Part shown: in pieces, positions 31,252-39,106 of the stretch
Layout of the letters: the number at the start of each line of letters is the position of its first letter
Position numbering within the stretch: the stretch's first letter is position 1
Assembly (NCBI GenBank): GCA_017460745.1
Contig: JAFUAL010000014.1
Coordinates: forward strand, 924-64,923
Reading direction: 5' to 3'
Length of the DNA stretch: 64,000 bases
From: Bacilli bacterium
GTDB lineage: Bacteria > Bacillota_I > Bacilli_A > RF39 > UBA660
The notes under the pieces: generated by a model
Databases searched by the model: none
Told to the model about the DNA's origin: nothing
The model's input: the letters and a program-made list of their open reading frames with translations, nothing else
Made by a program: the position numbers and the translations under genes

Positions 31252-31839
31252 ATGTTTACGAAAGTAGCAATGTGGGCTGTCTTCATATTCCTACTTGGTT
31301 TATTTGGTGTAGTATTAATTAATACATTTGGTGTTATTACTACAACTAATCAACAAGATTACACTTTAGTTAAAAATGCAGTTGAAGCTGCAATGAATGA
31401 TTCAATTGATTGGGCATCATATAGAACAGGATTTTATTTGTGTACAGATAAAACTGGTGATGGAGAAGGTATGAGAACATTCACTAGTAAAGATGAATAT
31501 AAAGTTATTCTTAATAGTGATTTGATAACACATGAAGGTGATGCAATAACAGACAAGAATGCTCCTGATTCAAAATGTGCTTTATTGATGGCAGAATACA
31601 AATTAAATAAAGATGTATTTGTTGAAAGTTTTATAAGAAGATTTGCCAATAATGTAAATAACAATAAAAGTTATCAAGTAACAATTCAAGAAGTAATTGA
31701 GTATCCTCCTAAGGTAAGTGTAAGGATTGATACTTTAAATACTTATAATTCTGTTGAATCACGAACAGAGGAATTTAATTTAAATCCAGATTATAGCATC
31801 AGAAATCAAATTGATGCAATATTAGAAGAAAAGAGTTAG
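31252..31839 (+). CDS. Membrane-anchored protein, possibly a TadE/pseudopilin-like pilus-assembly component
   Basis: N-terminal TM MWAVFIFLLGLFGVVLI followed by NAVEAAMNDS, which is weakly TadE-like. Located directly upstream of cpaB. Confidence 0.3.
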   Translation: MFTKVAMWAVFIFLLGLFGVVLINTFGVITTTNQQDYTLVKNAVEAAMNDSIDWASYRTGFYLCTDKTGDGEGMRTFTSKDEYKVILNSDLITHEGDAITDKNAPDSKCALLMAEYKLNKDVFVESFIRRFANNVNNNKSYQVTIQEVIEYPPKVSVRIDTLNTYNSVESRTEEFNLNPDYSIRNQIDAILEEKS

Positions 31840-31850
31840 AGAGGGAGAAT

Positions 31851-32612
31851 ATGAAAAAATTAAAACAAATTTTATCAAACAAAAATACTGTAACACTTGT
31901 AGGCGCAGTATTAATAGTTCTTGTATTATATGTTTTTTATAACATAAAAGTTAATCAAGCAACAACACCTATAAGGGTTCCTTATGCAATTCAACCAATT
32001 GCAGCAAGGACAAAAGTTACAAAGGATATGATTGGATATCTTGAAATTACACAATCTGCCTTAAAGGGAGATATCTATACACATGAAAATCAAATAATTA
32101 ATAATGTATTATATACTAGATATGAAATTCCAACAGGTAGTTTATTTTATGTAGATGCATTATGCGAAGAAAAGGATTTACCAGATTCTTGGATGCTTCA
32201 AATGGATGACGGAATGGTAGCATATAATTTTGATGTTACAATGAAATCAACATACGGTAATTCAATTTATCAAGGAGATAAGATAGATTTATATTTTAGA
32301 GGAAGAGATGATACTGGATTAGTTCTAGTTGGAAAATTCTTAGAAAATGTAAAGGTTTTAATTGTAAAAGATTCATCTGGACGTAATGTTTTTGAAAATA
32401 CTACTGAAGTTGGTACTCCTAGTCAGATGATTTTAGAAGTAACTGAAGAACACCATTATTTATTAAGAGCAGCTGAGAAAATTAATAATGTTGAAATTAT
32501 TTTAGTTCCAAGTGGAACGACACTAGAAAATAATACAAATGAAAAGGTACAAACATTAACTAGTGAAGAAGTTAAACAATATATAGAAACCAAATCAAAA
32601 ACAATGCAATAG
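31851..32612 (+). CDS. cpaB: Flp pilus assembly protein CpaB/RcpC-like
   Basis: N-terminal TM, then an SAF-like region (PIRVPYAIQPIAARTKVTKDMIGYLEI). Size and position upstream of the Tad ATPase are typical. Confidence 0.6.
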   Translation: MKKLKQILSNKNTVTLVGAVLIVLVLYVFYNIKVNQATTPIRVPYAIQPIAARTKVTKDMIGYLEITQSALKGDIYTHENQIINNVLYTRYEIPTGSLFYVDALCEEKDLPDSWMLQMDDGMVAYNFDVTMKSTYGNSIYQGDKIDLYFRGRDDTGLVLVGKFLENVKVLIVKDSSGRNVFENTTEVGTPSQMILEVTEEHHYLLRAAEKINNVEIILVPSGTTLENNTNEKVQTLTSEEVKQYIETKSKTMQ

Positions 32613-32619
32613 GTGAGTT

Positions 32620-34110
32620 ATGAATCAAGGTATAAACGTATATGATTTAACACCTAAAAGTAACGAAAACAAAACCAATACTGAGATAAACGATAGTTTA
32701 TTTTCCAGTATTGATTTTGGGCCTTTAAAGGCATATCTAGATGATGATAACATTACCGATATTTCTTATAGTAATAATGGACAAGTTTGGCTTAAATCAC
32801 TTGATCGTGGAGTTTACCGTGTAGATAATCCTGGTATTAATAATGATTTAATGGAAAAAATTGCATTCCAATGTGCAAATATCATGGGGAAAACCTTTAA
32901 TATGGCAAGTCCACTTCTTGATAGTGAATCAAGTGAACTTCGTATGAATTTTATTCATGATTCAATTGCTAGAAATGGAATTGCAGCGGTTTTCAGAAAA
33001 ACACCAGCTAAGATAAGGCTTGAAAAAGAAAAAATTGTTGAACAAAAATATATTACGACAGGCATTCATGATTTTTTAATTGAATGTGTTAAAGGACATT
33101 GTAACATAATTGTAAGTGGTGAAACTGGTTCAGGAAAAACTGAGCTTGTTAAGTACCTTGCAAGTCATACTGCAACGAATGAAAAAATAATTACAATTGA
33201 AGATACTTTGGAACTTCACTTAGATAAAATATTTCCGGAACGTGATATAGTTTCAATGAAGACTAATAATATAGCATCATACTCTGACGTTTTAGTTGGT
33301 TGTATGAGACAGAATCCAAAATGGATATTACTTTCCGAGGTTCGTAGCGCTGAAGCAGTTACGGCAGTTCGTAACTCTATTTCATCAGGTCATAATATTT
33401 TGTCAACAATCCATGCTGATAAAGCGTCAAGTATTCCTTATCGTTTATATAGTTTGTTGGAATCTAATATTGATGTTGAACAATTCATGACAACAATTTA
33501 TAGATATATTCAATTAGGTATACATGTTCGTGCTAGATATGATAAGCAAACTGGTAAGTTTATGAGAGAAGTATGCGAGGTGTGTGAGTTCTTTGTTAAT
33601 GAAGAAAATCAACCAGAGTATAATATTATATATAGAAAAAATGTTGATGGAACGGAAGTAGTAAATGGACCTTCAACACATTTAATAGAATATTTAGAAA
33701 GTCAAGGGGTTGACTTAACTAAAAAGAGTTTTGATAATATTAAAATTCCATCACCATTTGAAGAACCTTTAATCAATGATGATATGGAAGAAGATTTAGA
33801 ACAAACCTCAAAGCAAGAAGAAACAAAAGACAATGGTCATCAAGATGCAAGTCAACAAAATATTAATCAGTTGAATAATAGTAAGCAAGTTGTAAGTCAG
33901 CAAATGCAAGCAAGACCGAATAATGTAAGGCCTACTCAAAATGTTCAGCCAATGCAAAATAGACAACCAACAATGCAATCTAGCATAAATAACTTAAATA
34001 TAGTACCAAATGGAGTAAGACCTAATAATTTTAATAGTAATCAAAACATTCAATCTCCAAACAATATGAGAGCAAATGCTCAACCATTTATTGAAGATGA
34101 GATGTTATAG
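32620..34110 (+). CDS. cpaF: Tad/Flp pilus assembly ATPase CpaF/TadA with an unusual Q/N/P-rich C-terminal extension
   Basis: Walker A GETGSGKTE, Walker B/Asp box ILLSEVRSAEA, His box STIHADKA. The last ~100 aa are low-complexity and Q/N/P-rich (QNVQPMQNRQPTMQ...). Confidence 0.85.
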   Translation: MNQGINVYDLTPKSNENKTNTEINDSLFSSIDFGPLKAYLDDDNITDISYSNNGQVWLKSLDRGVYRVDNPGINNDLMEKIAFQCANIMGKTFNMASPLLDSESSELRMNFIHDSIARNGIAAVFRKTPAKIRLEKEKIVEQKYITTGIHDFLIECVKGHCNIIVSGETGSGKTELVKYLASHTATNEKIITIEDTLELHLDKIFPERDIVSMKTNNIASYSDVLVGCMRQNPKWILLSEVRSAEAVTAVRNSISSGHNILSTIHADKASSIPYRLYSLLESNIDVEQFMTTIYRYIQLGIHVRARYDKQTGKFMREVCEVCEFFVNEENQPEYNIIYRKNVDGTEVVNGPSTHLIEYLESQGVDLTKKSFDNIKIPSPFEEPLINDDMEEDLEQTSKQEETKDNGHQDASQQNINQLNNSKQVVSQQMQARPNNVRPTQNVQPMQNRQPTMQSSINNLNIVPNGVRPNNFNSNQNIQSPNNMRANAQPFIEDEML

Positions 34111-34124
34111 GAAGGTGTGATGAT

Positions 34125-35021
34125 ATGGAATTTATAATAATATTATTAATTGTTATATTTGTTGTTTTATATCGAAAGAGTAATGGTGAATCAGTTTATA
34201 AATTTGTTTCAACAAGTATCGGAGATATATATGACAAATATGCACCATATTCGTTTAAAAATATAAGAGAAAGATGTAAGGAGATGGGACTTGAGTATAC
34301 ACCAAGACAATATACAGTTCAAGTAATTGTTTTTGCATCTCTTGCCTTCATTATCTCATATTTGTATTTTTACAATATAGTTATATCTTTCTTGTATGTA
34401 GTGGCAGTTGTTTCAATAATACCATATTTAGCATATCTTAGATGTAAAAGATTGTATAGTGAATTTATATTTGAACAAGTTCAAGTATATGTAACTAACA
34501 CGATTATGGAATTTCAGACTACTCAATCATTCGTAAAAGCTCTTGAAGGAGTTTATAATTCAGGAGTTTTGGAAGAACCTTTAAAAACAGATATTAAAGT
34601 TATGATTGATTTGGCATATCATAATGGAGATGTTATGGAATCAATTACATATATGAATAGTAAATATGATTTTTATATGACTAGAAATATGCACCAATTA
34701 TTTTTACAAGTTACCCGAGAAGGTGCACATGATACCATTCAAGTACTTGATAATATGTTACTTGATGTTGACCAATTAGTTGAAGGAGTTTATCAAGATA
34801 GAATGAATCGACAAGCCTTCCATAAATCATTTATTACATATGGTTTGATGTTATATTTGATGGTAATGTTAATTCAATGGTTAATTGGAAAAGAAACATA
34901 TATAAGTTTGGTTAATAGCAATATAATAATGCAAATTGGACTTCATATAGTAATACTTTTTAATAGTTATTTTCTTCTATCAGGAGAAAAATATTATAAC
35001 GAGAATGTAGGTGCTGAGTAA
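34125..35021 (+). CDS. tadB: TadB-like (GspF/T2SSF-family) pilus assembly membrane protein
   Basis: 298 aa with an N-terminal TM, a cytoplasmic domain and C-terminal TMs. Position directly after cpaF. Confidence 0.55.
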   Translation: MEFIIILLIVIFVVLYRKSNGESVYKFVSTSIGDIYDKYAPYSFKNIRERCKEMGLEYTPRQYTVQVIVFASLAFIISYLYFYNIVISFLYVVAVVSIIPYLAYLRCKRLYSEFIFEQVQVYVTNTIMEFQTTQSFVKALEGVYNSGVLEEPLKTDIKVMIDLAYHNGDVMESITYMNSKYDFYMTRNMHQLFLQVTREGAHDTIQVLDNMLLDVDQLVEGVYQDRMNRQAFHKSFITYGLMLYLMVMLIQWLIGKETYISLVNSNIIMQIGLHIVILFNSYFLLSGEKYYNENVGAE

Positions 35022-35809
35022 TGGAATTTGCAATTATAATTATAATAGTAGTTTTTGTTCTTAGTTATAGTGGTTCACTTAGTACAAAACAAATATATGA
35101 AGATAATAAAACATTATTTGGATTACTAAAAGAAAAAGATTATGATTTCTTAGTTAAGGCTAAGTATGGAAATGAAGTAAATCCCGATGACTATTTTGAA
35201 AAAAGAATACAACAATTTATTTTAGAATTAGTTGTTGTTGCCGCTGTTTTAATGTTTAATTTTACATGGATTAATTTAATAATCGGTTTAATTATTTTAG
35301 TTGTTTTATATAGAAGTCAATATTCATCATTAAAAAGTTTTTATAAGAAAAATTTAACAGCAATTGATCAAAATTTACCATATTATTTGAAGAGTATTGA
35401 AATACTTGCTCAACACTATACTATACCAGTTGCAATATCAAGATCAATTGAAACAGCTCCTGATATGTTTAAAGAAGGACTTACAGAAATGATTAAGCAG
35501 ATTGATGCAGGTGATTCATCAATTAATCCATATCTTGAGTTTGCAAGAAAGTATCCAGTTGGTGATTCTCTTCGTATGATGAGACTTTTATATCGTTTAA
35601 GTATTGGTGCACAGGAGAATAAGCAAGAGCAATTATCAGTTTTTTCTAAGAGCGTATCAAGTCTTCAAAATAAAGCAAGAGAGATGAAATATGCTTCAAG
35701 ACTTAATACTATGGAAAAAAAGACAATGACAATGTTGATAGTAACTGGTGGTGGATCAATGTTGGTTTTATTCTTTGCAATGGTAATGATGATGGCAAAT
35801 TGGGGGTAG
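35021..35809 (+). CDS. tadC: TadC-like (GspF/T2SSF-family) pilus assembly membrane protein
   Basis: 262 aa with similar topology, start-stop coupled (ATGA) to tadB. Confidence 0.55.
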   Translation: MEFAIIIIIVVFVLSYSGSLSTKQIYEDNKTLFGLLKEKDYDFLVKAKYGNEVNPDDYFEKRIQQFILELVVVAAVLMFNFTWINLIIGLIILVVLYRSQYSSLKSFYKKNLTAIDQNLPYYLKSIEILAQHYTIPVAISRSIETAPDMFKEGLTEMIKQIDAGDSSINPYLEFARKYPVGDSLRMMRLLYRLSIGAQENKQEQLSVFSKSVSSLQNKAREMKYASRLNTMEKKTMTMLIVTGGGSMLVLFFAMVMMMANWG

Positions 35810-35901
35810 TAAATAAATGTAAATTTTAATAAAAGTTATTGAAAAAAAAATAAAACTATGGTACATTATAAATGTACAATTGGAAAGGAGAAATATAATT
35901 T

Positions 35902-36111
35902 ATGAAAGAAGCAAGTGGAGAGTTATCAATGACATTAATTGTTATAATTGCTGCTGGTGTTATTGTTATGATTTTTGCTGCATTTTGGCCTCAAATTCAA
36001 GATTTTATTAATCAAAAATGGACTCAGTTTGATGGTCAAGCAGGTACACCAATGATTGTTACACATGGAAGTATTGAAATTCCTGGTTATAGTGTCGTTT
36101 TAGGAAAATAG
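35902..36111 (+). CDS. Flp-family prepilin-like protein (divergent)
   Basis: MKEASGELSMTLIVIIAAGVIVMIF resembles Flp ..DESGATAIEYGLIAALIAV... It is 69 aa with an RBS GGAGAAA. The Glu normally at +5 is replaced by Thr. Confidence 0.5.
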   Translation: MKEASGELSMTLIVIIAAGVIVMIFAAFWPQIQDFINQKWTQFDGQAGTPMIVTHGSIEIPGYSVVLGK

Positions 36112-36129
36112 TTTATAGGAGAGTGAAGT

Positions 36130-36579
36130 ATGAGGGAAGCCGTTGGTAGTTCTATTTTGTTCTATATTATTTTGATGTTTATTGGTATTTTTATTGTTTT
36201 TATTGCTATTATTATGAATTATGCTGCTGCATATCGTACTAATAATTATGTGGTTAATATGATAGAGCAAAGCGAAGGACAAGATAATTTTAATTCTGAT
36301 TTAGTTTCGTATTTACAGAGTAAAAATTATAATAATGGATTGATTGTAACTTGTTCTCATAATGAAAATGGTTCAGTTTTTCATATTAAAACGTATGTTA
36401 CGTTTTACATTCCTATAATTGAAGCTGGTTTTCCTTTAGAAATCAATAACGATACTAAAACAATATATACTAAATATAATAATAATTTTTGTAATAGTAG
36501 TGGTGGCTACTATGATATGAATTATCCATCAGTTGGATGTTGGGCAGGTTCTGGCACAACTGGAATTAGCTGTTATTAA
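36130..36579 (+). CDS. TadE-like pseudopilin
   Basis: MREAVGSSILFYIILMFIGIFIVFIAII followed by NYAAAYRTNNYVV matches the TadE-like N-terminal pattern. 149 aa. Confidence 0.5.
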   Translation: MREAVGSSILFYIILMFIGIFIVFIAIIMNYAAAYRTNNYVVNMIEQSEGQDNFNSDLVSYLQSKNYNNGLIVTCSHNENGSVFHIKTYVTFYIPIIEAGFPLEINNDTKTIYTKYNNNFCNSSGGYYDMNYPSVGCWAGSGTTGISCY

Positions 36580-36611
36580 CAGCTTTTTTTCTTTAATGTG
36601 GAGGTGAAAAT

Positions 36612-37622
36612 ATGAATATAATAGTTACAAATAAATATAAGGATTTAATTTATAGTGCTAATATAGAAATATTAAAAGAATTAAATGGAGTATTCAAGGT
36701 TAGTCAAATCGTTAATAGTTTTAATTCTATATTCTATAAAAAAATAATAATAGATGCGACTGCTTTAGAGAATTTTCCAAAAGAAAATGTGTTAAAAGAA
36801 CTTGCTGCAGCATTTGAAAAGGATAAATTGATTTTACTTTTGCCACCTGATAATCCACCACCAAAAAAGTTTTTATCTTTTTTAGTTAGTATTAATATTT
36901 ATAATTTTACTGACAATGCAAGTGGATTATTAGAATTAGTTCATAAGAGTAATAAGATAAATGATGTAAAAAATTATATAGAAGAGAGAGAAGAAAAAAT
37001 TGCTGAGACTAAAAATGAAGAAAGTACAATTCATGATGAAAATGATTTACTACCTCAACAAGTAATTTTAGGATTTAATGGTGTAACTGGTAATTCTTAT
37101 GTAACTGAAATAATTTATAGTATAAAGAAGGAATTAGAAGAAAGATATCAGAAGAAAGTATTAGCAATAGAGGTTGAGAAAAGAGATTTTGTTTTTTATA
37201 ATTCTTCTAGTATGATGTCTATAGGTAAAGATAAAGTAAATATCTTTTTACAAAATAATTTAAATGACTACGATTTTATTTTAGTAGATTTAAGTAATTA
37301 TAATAATACTACAATTTGTAATGATGTTATTTATTTAGTTAATCCGTCATTATATGAAGTAAATAAAATAATGATGAAAGATAGAACAGTATTTATGAAG
37401 TTGAAAGGTAAAAAAGTGGTTTTTTCTAATAGTTTACTTACAAGTAATGATGTAAATCAATTTGCAAGAGAAGCCGGAATAAGTGTTTATTATAACCTAA
37501 CTCCTATTAATGATAGAGGAACTAATGATAATATTAGCAAATTACTTACTAAAATGGGAGTTCTTGATAACGAATCAAGTGATAAATCAACTAAAAAGGG
37601 ATTATTTGATATTTTCAAATAG
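36612..37622 (+). CDS. TadZ/CpaE-like protein with degenerate ParA/MinD motifs
   Basis: An N-terminal receiver-like region, then ILGFNGVTGNSYVT in the position of a Walker A motif (the conserved Lys is absent), then YDFILVDL, which is Walker-B-like. Confidence 0.35.
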   Translation: MNIIVTNKYKDLIYSANIEILKELNGVFKVSQIVNSFNSIFYKKIIIDATALENFPKENVLKELAAAFEKDKLILLLPPDNPPPKKFLSFLVSINIYNFTDNASGLLELVHKSNKINDVKNYIEEREEKIAETKNEESTIHDENDLLPQQVILGFNGVTGNSYVTEIIYSIKKELEERYQKKVLAIEVEKRDFVFYNSSSMMSIGKDKVNIFLQNNLNDYDFILVDLSNYNNTTICNDVIYLVNPSLYEVNKIMMKDRTVFMKLKGKKVVFSNSLLTSNDVNQFAREAGISVYYNLTPINDRGTNDNISKLLTKMGVLDNESSDKSTKKGLFDIFK

Positions 37623-37671
37623 TTGCTTTTTTTTAATGTTTATTGTATAATCTACGTAGGTGAGGCGGATT

Positions 37672-37989
37672 ATGTGTAATAGTGATATGCAAATGCTTGT
37701 TGATATAATTATAAAGCTTTTAGATGTCGTACATTTTTTTGTACCTATTGTTCTTATAATATTTTGTACAGTTGATGTTTTTAAAATAATTGTTTCTAAA
37801 AAGGAAGACGAAGTTAAAAAACTACGAAATGATGTATTTTGGAAAATAGTTTATGCAATTGTTATATACTTGATTCCATTTTTAGTACCATTTATTTTAA
37901 GTGCTGCTGATAAAATATTGCCAATGGAGTATGATAATAGTTGGAAAGAATGTTATGATTATGTCAAAAAAAATCAAAATCATAACTAA
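37672..37989 (+). CDS. Small two-TM membrane protein, paralog 1 of a D-[MV]-F-K family (VirB2/TrbC-like topology)
   Basis: TM1 FFVPIVLIIFCTVDVFKIIVS, a charged loop, TM2 IVYAIVIYLIPFLVPFIL. RBS AGGTGAGG. Confidence 0.5.
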   Translation: MCNSDMQMLVDIIIKLLDVVHFFVPIVLIIFCTVDVFKIIVSKKEDEVKKLRNDVFWKIVYAIVIYLIPFLVPFILSAADKILPMEYDNSWKECYDYVKKNQNHN

Positions 37990-38057
37990 TTTGTCAAAAA
38001 GACTTGATTTATTAACTAATATTTAGTATTATAATTTTAGATATGGAGGAAGATTTT

Positions 38058-38522
38058 ATGTTTCAAATATTAGATTTTTGTTCTGCTGATATGCAAGTAC
38101 TAGTATCTGCTGTAAAGACAGTATTTACTTTAATACAAATAGCTATTCCTGGAGTTTTAATTGTTCTTGGTACAATTGATATGTTTAAGGCAATGGCAAG
38201 TGGAGATGAAAAGAAGACAAAAGAGGCTCAAAGAACTTTTGTAAGACGTATGATATATGCAGTTGTTGCTTTCTTAATACCATTTATCATCCGTTTAGTA
38301 TTTAGTTTCATTGCTAATAATATTGGTGCTGATGAAGCTAAAGCTGGTCAAAATTCTTATAATGAATTCTTTGCATGTTGGAATGGAGCTAAATCATCTA
38401 GTGGAAGTGGTAGCGATTCAGGCAGTACTGGCGATTGTAATGTATGTTGGAAAGATGGACAATCTTATACTGGTGTATCAAGAGACAATTGTGAAAATTA
38501 CATGCAAGGTTATTGCTCATAG
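38058..38522 (+). CDS. Small two-TM membrane protein, paralog 2, with Ser/Gly linker and Cys-rich C-terminal tail
   Basis: IAIPGVLIVLGTIDMFKAMASGDEKK...RRMIYAVVAFLIPFIIRLVFSF, then SSSGSGSDSGSTGDCNVCWKDG...CENYMQGYCS. RBS GGAGGAAG. Confidence 0.5.
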   Translation: MFQILDFCSADMQVLVSAVKTVFTLIQIAIPGVLIVLGTIDMFKAMASGDEKKTKEAQRTFVRRMIYAVVAFLIPFIIRLVFSFIANNIGADEAKAGQNSYNEFFACWNGAKSSSGSGSDSGSTGDCNVCWKDGQSYTGVSRDNCENYMQGYCS

Positions 38523-38582
38523 TATTAAGTTAGAAAATTATTTGAAGTCAGATGACTTCATTTTTCTTTAAGAGGTGAATTT

Positions 38583-38993
38583 ATGTTTATTTTAGAATGT
38601 ACAGATACTGTTCAATTATGTTATAATGCTAGAAAAATTTTAATATTAGTTAAAGAATTTATTAAAATATTACAATGGAGTATTCCAGTACTACTAATTG
38701 TCTTAGGAACATGGGATATGTTTAAAGCTGTAACCAAGGGTGATGATCAAAAAGCAGTTCAAGATGCAACAAAAGCATTTATTAGAAGATTAACATCAGG
38801 TGTAATAGTTTTTTTAGTACCCTTTATAATTAGACTTGTATTAGGATTTGTTGAAGACAATATGCTTTCAAGTAGTAATGGAGATGTATCTGCCACTTCT
38901 TGGATAGGTTGTTGGAATAATGTTGATGATAAGAATTCAAGTTATTTTGCAGGATGTAATAATATTTATCAAGGTAGTTCAAGTACTTCATAG
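38583..38993 (+). CDS. Small two-TM membrane protein, paralog 3, with Cys-containing C-terminal tail
   Basis: SIPVLLIVLGTWDMFKAVTKGDDQK...RRLTSGVIVFLVPFIIRLVLGF, then a tail WIGCWNNVDDKNSSYFAGCNN. RBS AGAGGTGA. Confidence 0.5.
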   Translation: MFILECTDTVQLCYNARKILILVKEFIKILQWSIPVLLIVLGTWDMFKAVTKGDDQKAVQDATKAFIRRLTSGVIVFLVPFIIRLVLGFVEDNMLSSSNGDVSATSWIGCWNNVDDKNSSYFAGCNNIYQGSSSTS

Positions 38994-39106
38994 TATTTGA
39001 ACTTTTTAATTGATATTTTATATAGTCAATTAGTGTCAAGTAATCCTAAAAAAATATTGAAATAGCAGTATTTTTTTTATATAATATTAGGCGTTAGGAG
39101 GATTAT

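Noticed and set aside
38311-38571. 86-aa ORF overlapping the 3' half of the 38058-38522 gene in another frame
   Set aside because: It lies entirely inside a better-supported gene with a homologous paralog, it has no RBS, and its composition is typical of an AT-rich alternate frame.
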